64,000 nucleotides of DNA, taken from Candidatus Hydrogenedentota bacterium (GTDB lineage Bacteria; Hydrogenedentota; Hydrogenedentia; Hydrogenedentales; SLHB01). Below the pieces are notes generated by a model. That model was not told the DNA's origin and searched no databases. It saw only the letters and a program-made list of their open reading frames with translations. Location: contig JACRLJ010000056.1 of assembly GCA_016215105.1 (NCBI GenBank), positions 2,698 through 66,697 on the forward strand. The letters run 5' to 3'. The stretch's first letter is position 1. Each line of letters begins with the position of its first letter. The position numbers and the translations under genes were made by a program. Positions 21,223-32,294 of this stretch are shown in pieces.

Positions 21223-21618
21223 CTATGAGACTATCGCGTCTGCTTCAATCTCGATCAGAATCTCGGGGCCGATCAGCCGGCGCACTTCGACCATCGTGGT
21301 CGCGGGGCAAATCGCGCCGAAGACCTCGCCGTGCGCCTTGCCAATCTCTTCCCAGTCGTCGATGTTGATACAGAAAATGCGGGTCCGTACCACGTCTTCC
21401 AGCGATGCGCCCGCGCGCTCGAGCGCGGTATTGATGTTCTTGAGCGCCTGTACCGTCTGTTGATAGGAGTCACCTATTCCGACGATAGCGCCATCGGGAC
21501 CGGTCGCGGTGGTGCCGGACACGGCGATGTGCGCGCCGATACGTACCGCGCGCGAGTAGCCGATGATGGGTTCCCATTTGGAGCCTGTGGAAATGTTGTT
21601 GCGTTGTTGTTCAGTCAT
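21223..21618 (-). CDS. RidA/YjgF-family protein
   Basis: YjgF/chorismate-mutase-like fold motifs (ARVRIG...VSGT, PARTTVEV-like C-terminus). Start taken at MTEQQRN. Confidence 0.65.
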   Translation of the reverse strand: MTEQQRNNISTGSKWEPIIGYSRAVRIGAHIAVSGTTATGPDGAIVGIGDSYQQTVQALKNINTALERAGASLEDVVRTRIFCINIDDWEEIGKAHGEVFGAICPATTMVEVRRLIGPEILIEIEADAIVS

Positions 21619-21748
21619 AATTTGATTGCCTTCATTCGTCAACACCCCGGAATTGGGCCTGCAAATCATTTGTTGGCGCGTAAGACTAACAGCAGGTGTA
21701 AGGTGATTCAAATTCGCGGAATTGGCCAAGTGATTCGCCGCCGGGGCG

Positions 21749-22618
21749 CTAAGCCTGCTCCGCTGAATCGCCGATGGTTGACTGCCGCCGGCCGGCCCAA
21801 GTGACTAGGAACGTTCCAGCCAGCAGAATCGCGCCGCCGATCCATTGCATCACCGATAAACTCTCACCGGGAAAGACCGCGAGGGCCAGAAGATAAGTCA
21901 CGATCGGGTTTAGAAGATTCACGCTGCTGCACAGCGCAGATCCCAGGTATTTCTGCGCGTAGTGATAGCTGGGATGCGCTCCTGCAATGGGAATTATGCC
22001 GGAAACGATCACGACCACGGTGTCGTGGCGGCTTGCGGCGAGAATGCCGGAAGGGTGGCCGAATGTCAGGGACAGCAGACCCAATCCGATGGTCGTGAAC
22101 GACGCCAGCACAGCGAACATCGCGACCGGATGAAGGTCGGTGACGAGATGCTTGGCCCAGACGACGTATACGCTCCAGGTCATCGCGACGATCAGAAGGA
22201 GAATCGAGTAGAAGTCCAATACCGGGGCGCGAAGCGCGGCGCCGGGCATGAGCACGGCGGCCACCCCGGCAAAGCTCAACGCGGTTCCGCCGAGATAGAA
22301 TGGGCTCCGAATGACGGAGCGCTCTTCGCGGAACAAAACGAAACTCAGGAAGATAATGATCACCACGCTGAGTTTCGTCGTAAGTTGCGCCACGGCGGGC
22401 GACGCCCCGTAGCAGGCGGTGGTCCAGCACACCTGGTGGATCAGTAATACGCAGGTCAATGGCAAATACGATAGTGACCTGCTGAAGGCCTTCCGCAATT
22501 CGCCGGGCAGGTACAACGCGCTGACGGCCAGTAGAACCGCCGCACCGCTGCCGTAGCGCAGGAACGCTTGGCTAAAGGGATCGTAGGTCTCCCGCAGATA
22601 CTTCACGAAAACCGGCAA
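21749..22618 (-). CDS. EamA/DMT-family transporter
   Basis: Multiple TM segments with the duplicated EamA domain pattern. Confidence 0.6.
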   Translation of the reverse strand: MPVFVKYLRETYDPFSQAFLRYGSGAAVLLAVSALYLPGELRKAFSRSLSYLPLTCVLLIHQVCWTTACYGASPAVAQLTTKLSVVIIIFLSFVLFREERSVIRSPFYLGGTALSFAGVAAVLMPGAALRAPVLDFYSILLLIVAMTWSVYVVWAKHLVTDLHPVAMFAVLASFTTIGLGLLSLTFGHPSGILAASRHDTVVVIVSGIIPIAGAHPSYHYAQKYLGSALCSSVNLLNPIVTYLLALAVFPGESLSVMQWIGGAILLAGTFLVTWAGRRQSTIGDSAEQA

Positions 22619-22680
22619 GCATTGCGCACACCAACAGAATCGTCGCCGCGTTCCGGTGCAAGCCAGCCATCAGCCGCGCA

Positions 22681-23778
22681 TCACGCGGTGAGCGCCGCGG
22701 TCACGTGATCGCCAAACTCGGACGTGCTGATCACGCGCTGGTTATCGCCTGGCGCCCGCAAGTCGGCGGTGGTGAATCCGTGGCCGAATACACGGCGCAT
22801 TGCGTCCCAAACGGCACGTGATTCAGCCTCCAGGCCGAAGCTCATCTCGAGCATCATTGCCACGGACCCGATCATCGAGTACGGGTTCGCGATGCCCTTG
22901 CCGGCGATGTCGGGCGCGGACCCGTGTGAGGGCTCGTAGTACGATTTCCCGGCGCCGATGCAGGCGGAAGGCATCAGCCCCAGCGATCCCAGCAGGCCGC
23001 CGCCAAGATCACTAAGGATGTCGCCGAACATGTTTTCCATGACCATGACATCGAACTGGCGGGGATTAAGGCACAGCGCGGTAGCCGCGGCGTCAACAAT
23101 CATGTGTTTGACCGCGACGTCCGGATAGTCCGCGGCGACTTCTTCGACGATTTCGTTCCATAGCACACTCGACATCAGCACGTTGCTCTTGTGGACGTTG
23201 TGCAGAACCTTCTTGCGTTTGCGGGCCACGTCGAACGCCACCACGAGAATACGACGAATCTGCGCCTCGTCGTATTCAAGCGTTTCTTTCACGTAGCGCA
23301 ATCCCTCCGGAGTGACACCGCGTTCCTTGGCGCCGAAGTACAACCCGCCGACGAGTTCACGGATCATCATGAAGTCGATGCCGCCTTCGACGACGTGTGG
23401 CTTGAGCGGCGAGAAATGCGCCAGTTCCGCGGGCAGGTACACGGGCCGGAAGTTGGCGTAGGTGTTGTAGCGGCGCCGTAGCGGCAAGAGCGCGCCGCGT
23501 TCGGGCCGTTGTTCGACTGGGATCTTCTCCGACTCGGTGTGGCTGAGTCCGATCGGGCCCTTCAGGATCGCGTCGGCTTCGTCGCAGACCTTCTTGGTTT
23601 CATCGGGAAAGGCCAAGCCGGTATCGAAGTACGCCTTGCCTCCAAACGGCGCGTACTTCAGATCAAACTTCACCCCGCTGCGCGTCTGAATGACGTTCAA
23701 GACCTTGACGGCCTCGCGCATGATCTCCGGCCCAATTCCGTCCCCTTCCAGCATGGCGATGGTGTACTTCTTGGTCAT
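22681..23778 (-). CDS. leuB: 3-isopropylmalate dehydrogenase
   Basis: [20 protein letters not shown]-terminus, [19 protein letters not shown] and [14 protein letters not shown] motifs. 365 aa, typical of LeuB. Confidence 0.75.
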   Translation of the reverse strand: MTKKYTIAMLEGDGIGPEIMREAVKVLNVIQTRSGVKFDLKYAPFGGKAYFDTGLAFPDETKKVCDEADAILKGPIGLSHTESEKIPVEQRPERGALLPLRRRYNTYANFRPVYLPAELAHFSPLKPHVVEGGIDFMMIRELVGGLYFGAKERGVTPEGLRYVKETLEYDEAQIRRILVVAFDVARKRKKVLHNVHKSNVLMSSVLWNEIVEEVAADYPDVAVKHMIVDAAATALCLNPRQFDVMVMENMFGDILSDLGGGLLGSLGLMPSACIGAGKSYYEPSHGSAPDIAGKGIANPYSMIGSVAMMLEMSFGLEAESRAVWDAMRRVFGHGFTTADLRAPGDNQRVISTSEFGDHVTAALTA

Positions 23779-23931
23779 ATCTTATTTCCTATATTCGATG
23801 GGTTGAGGCGGATGCTACTCGCAGTGGTTGAATTTCATCCACTCAGTAGCTGATATTCGACCATCCGCTGGCTGATTTTCAACCAGATGACCGCAGAAAA
23901 CCACGCGGTGCGGATACGCTTCGTTAGGGGC

Positions 23932-25239
23932 TTAGACGCTGGGGCGGCCGATGCTGAAATATCGGAAACCCGCGTCCGCCATGACTTTAGGCCGGTAGAG
24001 ATTGCGTCCGTCGAAGATGACTTTCTCGCGCATGAGCGTTGCCATGCGTTCGACATCGGGCCGGTAGAACTCGCGCCACTCCGTGATCACCAAGAGTCCA
24101 TCGGCGCGTTCAAGAGCGTCATAGCTCTTGTCGGTGACGCTAATCTTGTCACCATATAACGCAGTCAACTTCGGACCAGCGACTGGATCGTAAACGGACA
24201 CCTTAGCGCCCGCCTCGAGCAGCGCGTCGATGATGCGCAATGCGGGGGATCCCCGCAAGTCGTCTGTTCGCGCTTTGAACGTAGCGCCCCACAGCGCGAT
24301 TGTCTTTTGAGTGACGGCCTCGCCATAGAAGTCCAAGACACGCCGGATGAACCGCTTCTGCTGGCGCTCATTCGCGGCGGTGACGGCGTCCAGGATTTCG
24401 TAACCCACTCCTTTTTCGCGGGCCATCCGGGCGGCCGCCTGCACTTCCTTGGGCAAGCAAGATCCGCCAAAGCCAAGACCCGGGAACACGTAGGTGGCGC
24501 CGATACGGCTGTCAGTGGCGACACCCTCGCGTACCGAGGAGACGTCTGCGCCGTACGCCTCGCATATATTGGCCAACTCGTTCATCAGTGCGACGCGCGC
24601 GGCGATCATGGAGTTGACGGCGTACTTGGTCAATTCCGCGCTGCGCAGGTCCATGGTGAGGAACGGCTTTCCTGTGCGCAGGAATGGCGCGTACAATTCC
24701 TTCATGATTTCCAACACCCGGACATCGTCGCATCCCACGACAATTCGGTCCGGCCGCATGAAATCGTCCACTGCGGCGCCTTCCTTGAGAAACTCCGGAT
24801 TGACCACCACGTCGAAGGAATGCGGGGTTAGTTTCTTGACTGTATCTCGAATGAGTTCCGTCGTGCCGACCGGGCAGGTGCTTTTGTTAACGATAATGCG
24901 GTACCCCGTCATGGCGTGCGCGATCTCCTCCGCCGCGGCAAGCACCTCGGAGACATCGGGATCGCCGTTCGGATGCGAAGGCGTTCCCACGCACACGAAG
25001 ATCAGCAACGCTTCACCCACGGCTTCGGCCAGATTCGAGGAAAAGTGCAGGCGCTCCTCTTCAACGTTGCGTACGACCAATTCCTCCAATCCAGGTTCGT
25101 AGATAGGCAATTGGCCCGCGCGCAAGCGATCGATGATCGCCGAATCACGGTCGACGCAGGTCACAAAGTGTCCGTTCTCGGCCAGTCCGGTGCCTACCAC
25201 CAATCCGACATAACCCGTGCCCACGACTGCGATCTTCAT
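23932..25239 (-). CDS. UDP-glucose 6-dehydrogenase family protein
   Basis: MKIAVVGTGYVGLVVG Rossmann motif. Catalytic GGSCLPKE region. 435 aa. Confidence 0.8.
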   Translation of the reverse strand: MKIAVVGTGYVGLVVGTGLAENGHFVTCVDRDSAIIDRLRAGQLPIYEPGLEELVVRNVEEERLHFSSNLAEAVGEALLIFVCVGTPSHPNGDPDVSEVLAAAEEIAHAMTGYRIIVNKSTCPVGTTELIRDTVKKLTPHSFDVVVNPEFLKEGAAVDDFMRPDRIVVGCDDVRVLEIMKELYAPFLRTGKPFLTMDLRSAELTKYAVNSMIAARVALMNELANICEAYGADVSSVREGVATDSRIGATYVFPGLGFGGSCLPKEVQAAARMAREKGVGYEILDAVTAANERQQKRFIRRVLDFYGEAVTQKTIALWGATFKARTDDLRGSPALRIIDALLEAGAKVSVYDPVAGPKLTALYGDKISVTDKSYDALERADGLLVITEWREFYRPDVERMATLMREKVIFDGRNLYRPKVMADAGFRYFSIGRPSV

Positions 25240-25357
25240 ATGGTATTCTCCTCACAAAGCGGTTGCTGAACGGGCTCATGCTATCACCCGCCGCGCAAGC
25301 TTTGCAAAGCATCCGCGCAGTAACTGGACACGCCGCTTTCAGAATTGAAGGCGTGGA

Positions 25358-28300
25358 TTACTTGGCCGGAGGCTTCGGAGCGTCCTTATTCTTGGACTTG
25401 GGTGCGGCAAACGACTTTTTCGGTTTCGCGGGGAACGCGTTATCGGCGGACGGCGCCCTCTTCGACGGTTTCGCCTTGGCGTCCGACTCCTTCTGCGTCG
25501 TGTAGGAGTCCGAGAGGTCTTGCGTGGCGCTGGAGTCAGGCAACGAACTCTCCGCCGTGGCCGAATCGCTCTCGCGCCGCTGTTCCGTTATCACTTCTTT
25601 CGCTTTTTCCAGAACCAGGCCCATCTTCTCCGCCGTTCGCCGCGTTGCTTCTCTCGACGCCTCCGAACTTCGCAAGACGCGCGGGGTGATGAACGCGATA
25701 AGTTCAGTCGTCTGATGCGATTTGTCCTTCTTCCTGAACGGAATGTTCACGATCGGAATCTGTCCCAGAATCGGGAGACCGCGAACCGAGTCCGAGTCCG
25801 CCTCGCGCATGATTCCGCCAATCAGGATCGTCTCGCCGCTCTGTACGGCCAACTCCGTGCTGAACGTGCGCGTGTCAATCACTAGACCGCCCAACACGAC
25901 CTGACCCGGCTGGGCCTGCGAAGATTCCAATTCAATCTTCATCACCACATTGTCGCCCTCGTTGATGTTGGGCGTAATATTCAATGTCGTGCCGGCGTCC
26001 TTATACTCAAATGATTGATTCAGCGAACCCGTGGGCGACGTTTGGCTCTCTTTGATGAACGGGATTTTGGAGCCGACGAACAACTTACTTTCCTTGTTGT
26101 TGTTCATGACCATCGACGGCTCCCCAAGTATCCGCGTCTCCGATTTCTGCCGCAGCAATTGAATCAGCAAGTTCAAATCGATGTTCGAGGAAAGCGTGCT
26201 GTTCCGGTAGACTTCTTTCCACTCGAAACCGAATCCGGTTCGGAAGCCATTGTCAAAATCGGTAGTCTCAAAGATGCTCTGGTTGGAGCTAAACCGTGTA
26301 CCAACCCGGGTCGCCGTGCTCCGTGTCACTTCGAGTAAGCGCACCCGGACCTGTACCTTGGGCGACTCGTTGTCGAGACCAATAACGAGGCTGCGAATAA
26401 CCTCGAAGTTCTGAGGAGCCGTCGTAAACAACAGCGAGTTTGTGCGCTTGTCCGGCACGACACGTACCTGCCCAATCAAGTTGCTTATCGCGCGCTCCTC
26501 CTTCCCTTTCTGCTGACCGGCCATCCAGGAGAAGAATGCTGGTTGCTGTTCGTCTTGCCCGGTCTTAGGCGCCGGACCGCGGGTCCCTTCAACCGCGAAC
26601 AGGCTATTCAGTTCGCTGGCGACGTCCACGGCGTTGGCGTATTCCAGCTTCATTACCATCGTGTTTGCGGCATCGGGGCTAGCTTGATCGAGTTCCTTGA
26701 TAAAGCTCTCGATGATTTTGAAGTTTTCCATACTATTGGTCGTTACAATGATCGAATTCGTGAGCGTCTCCGGCACGAATCGCACTTTTCCGTACAGCCG
26801 GCCAACTTCTTTCTCTTTGTCATTGTTGAAGCGATCCCAATAGTAGTCGTACCCCCCCGTTTTTTTTGATTCGCCGGTGCCAAAAATCGTATTCAACACG
26901 TCACAGGCCTGCTTGGCCTCGATGAACTTGACGCGGAAAATATGCGGCGTCACTTGTTCGGCGTCGATTGGCGTGTCCAACTTCTTGAGCAGTTCCTCGA
27001 TTTTGTCAAACTCGTTCGGTTTGGCGATCGCGACGAGAGAGTTCGAGCGTTTCTCCGCGACAAAGCGGGTTTTGTTTTCGCCGCGGCGGGACGAACCTCC
27101 CCAAAAATAAAAGGGGTAGCGGGAGGAATCGTCTTTGGACCCGGTGTACAGTTCGTTCATCTGCGACGCGATATCATCGGCGTCTGCGAACTTGAGCTCG
27201 TAGGTCCGTGTCACCAATTGGACCGATTCCTCGGTATCGAGTTCCTTGACCACGCTCTGTATTAGCTTGTAATTCTCTTCGGAACTCAACACCAGGAGCG
27301 AACTGGATCGGTCATCCGCCGTGATCTCGACCTGCTCGCGAATCCGCTTGTCATTGCGCCTTTGAAAGAGCGGTGTGAGCTGGGTAACCATATCGCGCGC
27401 GTCCGCATACTTGATGGGAATGACGCGCAACATGAGATCCTTTGGGCGTTCCTTGTCCAATTCGTCCACCAGTGAACGCACCGACGCGAACATATCCTCC
27501 GGCGCCACCACGAGAATCCAGTTGGCCGCCTTGTACGCTACCACATCGAGCGCGGGCGCGCTCGGACCGCCGCCCCCGGGTTGTCCCGGCTGACCTGGCT
27601 GCCCGGGCTGTCCCGGCTGCCCCGGCTGGCCGCCTGGTTGTCCCGGCTGACCGCCCGGCTGGCCGGGTTGTCCCGGCTGACCGGGTTGACCACCTTGCCG
27701 GCCCGGCATCGGCCCCCCCGTCACGCCCGCGGGTTTCTGCGTCAGCACGCTGAGGATCGTTTTCATGATCGGCGCTATTTCCTCGGCATCCGCGAACTTT
27801 AGCGGAAACACCTGCACCTTCCGTTTGTCTACATCGATAACGTCCACCTGCGCGATGATGTCCTCGATAGCGGTTACGCGGCCGGTCATGTCGGTGATGA
27901 TCAGCTTCTTCGAGGCCGGAAGCGCCAGCAAACTTCCACTCTTGCTCAACAACGGCCTGACCATTTTGTCGATATCTTCGACGCTTGCCGAGTGAATCGA
28001 AATAACTTTCTTCAGGAAACCCGCCGGCAACTTCTCGATCTTGTCCGGCTGCAACGGCACAACCATATCCGGCATCAGCTCGGCCGGCACGAGCTTGATG
28101 GTGTTTTCGTCTTCGACGACGGCGACCTTCTCCAGCAGCAGCGCCTCCGACAGCAGCGACATTGCCCGCTCTTTCGTCATTTTGCCGGGGCTGAATACCG
28201 TAATCTGCGCCTTCGCGTCTTTGTGCTTCAGCACCGGCTTGCCCGTGATCTGCGTCAGAAATGCAATCACCTGGTCGATGTTCACGTTATTCAGATTGAA

Positions 28301-28672
28301 CGCGATCGTGCCATCATCGTTCTGGGTTATGTCGGTCGTACCGGCGGGCGCGGGCCCACCAGGCTTGTCACCCGACGGAGGTTCGCCGGGAGCCGGCCCA
28401 GGAGCGCCAGGCTGACCCGGAGCGCCAGGCTGACCCGGACCACCAAGCTGCCCCGGACCGCCGGGTTGTCCCGGGCTGCCCGGCTTAGCTTCGCCTGGAG
28501 ACGACGGCGGACCTGCGGACGGTCTTACCTCGGCGGGGACTTCCGGTTTCGCGTCTTGGGCGATCGCGAACGGTACGCACACCGCCGCGCACACGGTTAA
28601 GTACACGCCGAGCGCCACCCGCGGCGCGCATTTATTCCAATCCAACCGATGTTCTACTCTCACGTTACTCAT
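25358..28672 (-). CDS. gspD: type II secretion system secretin (GspD-like), extended with collagen-like GxP tracts
   Basis: C-terminal secretin domain (LGEP...LITPRVL). Several N-domain-like repeats. Signal peptide. Two Gly-X-Pro low-complexity blocks (GQPGQPG...). 1,100+ aa. Confidence 0.85.
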   Translation of the reverse strand: MSNVRVEHRLDWNKCAPRVALGVYLTVCAAVCVPFAIAQDAKPEVPAEVRPSAGPPSSPGEAKPGSPGQPGGPGQLGGPGQPGAPGQPGAPGPAPGEPPSGDKPGGPAPAGTTDITQNDDGTIAFNLNNVNIDQVIAFLTQITGKPVLKHKDAKAQITVFSPGKMTKERAMSLLSEALLLEKVAVVEDENTIKLVPAELMPDMVVPLQPDKIEKLPAGFLKKVISIHSASVEDIDKMVRPLLSKSGSLLALPASKKLIITDMTGRVTAIEDIIAQVDVIDVDKRKVQVFPLKFADAEEIAPIMKTILSVLTQKPAGVTGGPMPGRQGGQPGQPGQPGQPGGQPGQPGGQPGQPGQPGQPGQPGQPGGGGPSAPALDVVAYKAANWILVVAPEDMFASVRSLVDELDKERPKDLMLRVIPIKYADARDMVTQLTPLFQRRNDKRIREQVEITADDRSSSLLVLSSEENYKLIQSVVKELDTEESVQLVTRTYELKFADADDIASQMNELYTGSKDDSSRYPFYFWGGSSRRGENKTRFVAEKRSNSLVAIAKPNEFDKIEELLKKLDTPIDAEQVTPHIFRVKFIEAKQACDVLNTIFGTGESKKTGGYDYYWDRFNNDKEKEVGRLYGKVRFVPETLTNSIIVTTNSMENFKIIESFIKELDQASPDAANTMVMKLEYANAVDVASELNSLFAVEGTRGPAPKTGQDEQQPAFFSWMAGQQKGKEERAISNLIGQVRVVPDKRTNSLLFTTAPQNFEVIRSLVIGLDNESPKVQVRVRLLEVTRSTATRVGTRFSSNQSIFETTDFDNGFRTGFGFEWKEVYRNSTLSSNIDLNLLIQLLRQKSETRILGEPSMVMNNNKESKLFVGSKIPFIKESQTSPTGSLNQSFEYKDAGTTLNITPNINEGDNVVMKIELESSQAQPGQVVLGGLVIDTRTFSTELAVQSGETILIGGIMREADSDSVRGLPILGQIPIVNIPFRKKDKSHQTTELIAFITPRVLRSSEASREATRRTAEKMGLVLEKAKEVITEQRRESDSATAESSLPDSSATQDLSDSYTTQKESDAKAKPSKRAPSADNAFPAKPKKSFAAPKSKNKDAPKPPAK
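27560..27720 (-). repeat. coding low-complexity GQPG (collagen-like) repeat within secretin gene
   Basis: Tandem ggctg(t/a)cccgg units encoding (GQP)n. Confidence 0.7.
28330..28500 (-). repeat. coding low-complexity GxPG repeat within secretin gene
   Basis: Encodes PGSPGQPGGPGQLGGPGQPGAPGQPGAPG. Confidence 0.7.
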
Positions 28673-28821
28673 CCCTTCCGCGTCATCTTGGATTACTACA
28701 ACCGCTGTCCGCCACGCAGGTCGTGTATACCGTCGCGTGATGCTGCACATTGCTCCCTTACGATGTTCACCCGTACACCTGCGCTTGATGAGCGCAGGCC
28801 CCTGGCGCGCCCAAATTCCAT

Positions 28822-29628
28822 TTACTGCCGACTCAGCGCCTGTCCTTGGAAAATCAGCGTGTCACCCTGAATGTCCAATTCCACGTTCTCGCCCGCCACC
28901 GAGAGCTTGACTTTGCTCCCGTCAACGGACCACGTCCCATCGACCTGGCCGTCAACTTTCATGGTTCCATCCGCATTGAAGTTCACCGTGTGCCCGCCGC
29001 CTTGCCAGCTCGTACCCGACAGCGTCTGCGCATTGAGTGTCGCGGGCGCTATGACAACCGGCGCGGCTGCAACCGGCATCGCGGCAACCGGCTCCTGCGG
29101 CCCGGGCAACCCGGCGTTCGGGCGCGCATCCGGCACGGGAGACGCCGCCGGCGGCGTGGAAGGCGAGGTCGGAAAAACTTTTACCGTCCGTCTCTTCCCG
29201 TCTTTTTCGAGCACCACCTCCGCGTTACCAATCTCGACCAGCTTTTCGCCACCGGGGATGTCAGCGCCGACTGAGTACAGCTTTGCGTCATTTGCGGAAG
29301 CCCCCAGCAAGGCCTTTGATCCCAATATCCCGAAGACATTCACGGCCGACGCCGAACCTGGACCGCTCCCTCCCTTGTCTCGCTTGCCGAGCAGTCCTTT
29401 ATCCATAATAGGGTCGTACTCGTTCAGCGCCTTTCGCTCCGTGCGCTCCGGGGCGACTATCCCACTACGTACTCGATCCGCTAGACCGCGAGATGAGACC
29501 GCCGCCGCTACGAAACGGCAACCCTGAATCACGAGCAGGAACGCCAGCGCGACGAACAGCAGCGCCAACGCCCGGTCAAGACCCAGCGCCCGCGCTCTTG
29601 CCAGGATCTGTTTTGCTATCTCCGCCAT
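28822..29628 (-). CDS. T2SS-associated membrane protein (GspN/GspC-like by position)
   Basis: Single N-terminal TM. Sits between the gspM-like gene and gspD in the operon. No strong family motif. Confidence 0.4.
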   Translation of the reverse strand: MAEIAKQILARARALGLDRALALLFVALAFLLVIQGCRFVAAAVSSRGLADRVRSGIVAPERTERKALNEYDPIMDKGLLGKRDKGGSGPGSASAVNVFGILGSKALLGASANDAKLYSVGADIPGGEKLVEIGNAEVVLEKDGKRRTVKVFPTSPSTPPAASPVPDARPNAGLPGPQEPVAAMPVAAAPVVIAPATLNAQTLSGTSWQGGGHTVNFNADGTMKVDGQVDGTWSVDGSKVKLSVAGENVELDIQGDTLIFQGQALSRQ

Positions 29629-29642
29629 ACAAACTCCCGCCG

Positions 29643-30758
29643 TTATTCGTAGCCGAGGATGTCCAGGCTAGCTTCAATCGTATTTCCCTTTGCGGTGTCT
29701 CGATGCAGGTCCATCTGTTGGACGCGCGCAAAGCGATCTCCCTTTTCCACCGCATACAACAGCTTGACCAGATTCTCCGCTTTCCCCTCGACGCTCAGTT
29801 GAAGGGTAACCGGCGTGAAGAACTTGCTTGCGCGCGTCCCACCGCCTCCCTTCTTAGACGAGACCCGTTTTATCTTGACGCCGGCCTGAGATGCGGAGCG
29901 CTCAAAGTAAGCTGCGAGCCGTTCACTTCCCTGGACGGCTGGCGCCTTGTCTGCCGCGGAGGTCGCTGCCGTGGTCTCGTCCTGCCCCGGCTTCGAGCCG
30001 CCAGACTTGTTCGCGGCGCTGGAGGCGGAGGCGGCCTTGTCGCTCAAGTCCGACGGCTTGTTTGGGTCCTGGCCCTCCTTCGTGGCGGCAGCCTTATCAG
30101 TCGGAGACGAGTCTACCGCCCCAGTGACCTTCGTCGAGGACGCATCCGCAGTCTTGGCTTGTCCTGCGTCCTCGGTACTCGGTTCACCTGAGGACGCAAC
30201 GACTATTGAACCAGGGGGTGTCCTATTGCCGCTTGGTTCGCCCGGTTTGCTCTCCGAAGCCGGAAGCGGCGTCACGGCGGGCGTATCCGCAGCCGAATCC
30301 TTGGGCTTGTCCTTCTTGGGCGCTTCCGTTTCGGCGCCAGTGGTCATTGCCGCGACAGGGGCCGCAGTGCTTGGTGTGTTGGACACGGCCTCGCCTGTCT
30401 TGGGAGTTGGCGACCCATCGGGAGATCTTTCGCTCGACTTGGTTTTGTCCATAGGACCGGGGCTGTCCTTGGGCGTCTGCGTGGCCCTAGGTTCGGCGCC
30501 TTTCGCGGAACTCTCTGGCGTCCGGCCGAGCAACGACCCGGTTCGTCTTGCCAACACGTCCCGTTTTTTCACCAGGGCCTCATAGCCACGAACCTGTTCG
30601 CGCAACTGAGCAACCTGGGCCAGCTTTAGTTCCAGTTGGCTGCCCCAATCCGACCACGTGCGGGCCAAAGGCAAGACGACGTAGACTACGGCCACAGCCG
30701 TTACCGCCACGATTCCCGCGGCGACGAGCGCCTTCTTTTCTCGAAACGGCACATTCAT
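29643..30758 (-). CDS. GspM/PilO-like inner-membrane T2SS protein with long Pro/Thr/Ser-rich linker
   Basis: N-terminal TM followed by a coiled coil, a disordered low-complexity region and a GspM/PilO-like C-terminal domain. Translationally coupled to the upstream gspL-like gene. Confidence 0.5.
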   Translation of the reverse strand: MNVPFREKKALVAAGIVAVTAVAVVYVVLPLARTWSDWGSQLELKLAQVAQLREQVRGYEALVKKRDVLARRTGSLLGRTPESSAKGAEPRATQTPKDSPGPMDKTKSSERSPDGSPTPKTGEAVSNTPSTAAPVAAMTTGAETEAPKKDKPKDSAADTPAVTPLPASESKPGEPSGNRTPPGSIVVASSGEPSTEDAGQAKTADASSTKVTGAVDSSPTDKAAATKEGQDPNKPSDLSDKAASASSAANKSGGSKPGQDETTAATSAADKAPAVQGSERLAAYFERSASQAGVKIKRVSSKKGGGGTRASKFFTPVTLQLSVEGKAENLVKLLYAVEKGDRFARVQQMDLHRDTAKGNTIEASLDILGYE

Positions 30759-32287
30759 CGCTTGGCCTTCCCTTGTCCTTTGCTCAACTCGCACGAAATC
30801 TGAAATACGAAATCATCCTTGTCCTTCGTCGCCCCCAGGAAGGTACACTTCGCGAACGCTCCCGACGCGGTCATCGCGGAAACGGCCTTCTCGGAAGCGG
30901 CCGCGACGGATTTTGTCTTCCCCTTGATCATGATCTTGCCTTCCGGCGAAACGGTGATGGTTTCGACGGTGACATCGCTCGGAAATGCGTCGCTCAGCGT
31001 AAGTAAGATATCGGAGATCGAACGTTGACGGGCGCTTTGCGACTGAAGAATATCCACTTCTTCCTGAAGCCGGCCTAAATCGCTCACCAGCGGCTTCATC
31101 TCAGAGATGATATCTTCCGCACGATGAAGCCGGTACGCCCGAACCCCGAACATTGCGGCCGCGACCACCACGATCAGAATTGCGTTGGCCAGTATCAAAA
31201 GCGGACGTCTGTTCCGAAAGTCGATGCGAGTGGAAGATCGATCCGCAGAGCGGAGCGCCGGTACCGCCGTTGAGGCGCCACGGCGGCGCCGGTGCAGCGA
31301 GCTCAGCGCGCCGACGCACGCAAGATAATCGGAAAACAAGTCGCCCTGAATTGCCGCAGGGTCTGGCGCCGTGATCCCTTTGGGCCGGATGCCCAACTCG
31401 ACGGGGTAATTGCCGTTCGCCTTGAAGGACTCCGTAAAGCCGGCGTCGTCGGCGCTCGTACCCACGACGATCAGCCGCTCAGGAGGCTGTCCGTTGGTCC
31501 GCATCCAATAATCGTAAAGGGATTGACGTACTTCGTTCGCAGCAAGTAGGCGCCAGGTACCCTGCGCCGCCGAGCCGGAATCCTGCTCTTGTGGCATTCC
31601 AATGCGACGGACGTAACGAGGAACACCCCCTTGCGTAACGACAAGTGTGATCTGACTTGGCCTAAACCATGCCAGGGCTACTGCGGCGTTCGTGCTCTCG
31701 CTTGCGCGAACAAGCTCCGAAACGGCCCCAGCGTCGTACTCGATGCCGTCACAGCGCAGACCTTTGGCGCGAAGCGCGGCCTCCAGGTCTCGCGCCTCCG
31801 CCTGGGGTGTCGCGACCACCAAGACCTTGCCACCGCCGTTTGCGTGTGCGCCGTTTTGGCGCTCGCACGTCCACAGGCTTTCCGAGACCGGATACGGCAA
31901 TTCCGTCTCTAGACGAAGAGCCGCCATCTGACGTGTCTGCTCCGGCGTCGCATCCACTATGTCCAGAATGCGGCATACCGACTTGTCCGAGTTGGACACC
32001 GCCACGACAAGCGCGCCTTCGGCAAGCCTGCGCAACTCCGCGCTATGCTCAGCGCCGCCATCGCCCGCCATGACCAAGGTCCGCGCGGAAGACACCGTGG
32101 CCTCCTCGCTTCCGATCGTGCCTGCCACACACTTCCAGAGATTGCCTTCGCAGATTTCGATGACGAGGACGCGCTGCGGGGCGCCGGGCGTTGAAGCGCG
32201 GCCGTTCGGCGCGGCGAACCGGTCAAACGCGGCCTGAAGCCTTATCAGCGATTCTTTGGCGCGATCTATTCTCACTTGGATTCCCAT
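30755..32287 (-). CDS. GspL-like protein (PilM-like actin-fold cytoplasmic domain fused to PilN-like TM/periplasmic domain)
   Basis: Cytoplasmic N-domain, single TM (LLILANAILIVVVAAAMF), periplasmic C-domain. Located between gspK and gspM-like. Confidence 0.6.
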   Translation of the reverse strand: MGIQVRIDRAKESLIRLQAAFDRFAAPNGRASTPGAPQRVLVIEICEGNLWKCVAGTIGSEEATVSSARTLVMAGDGGAEHSAELRRLAEGALVVAVSNSDKSVCRILDIVDATPEQTRQMAALRLETELPYPVSESLWTCERQNGAHANGGGKVLVVATPQAEARDLEAALRAKGLRCDGIEYDAGAVSELVRASESTNAAVALAWFRPSQITLVVTQGGVPRYVRRIGMPQEQDSGSAAQGTWRLLAANEVRQSLYDYWMRTNGQPPERLIVVGTSADDAGFTESFKANGNYPVELGIRPKGITAPDPAAIQGDLFSDYLACVGALSSLHRRRRGASTAVPALRSADRSSTRIDFRNRRPLLILANAILIVVVAAAMFGVRAYRLHRAEDIISEMKPLVSDLGRLQEEVDILQSQSARQRSISDILLTLSDAFPSDVTVETITVSPEGKIMIKGKTKSVAAASEKAVSAMTASGAFAKCTFLGATKDKDDFVFQISCELSKGQGKAKR

Positions 32288-32294
32288 ACGCTAT

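Noticed and set aside
27560-28500. Periodic short DNA repeats (ggctgtcccgg…)
   Set aside because: They sit inside the secretin CDS and encode GQPG tracts. There is no spacer/repeat architecture or cas gene, so this is not a CRISPR array.
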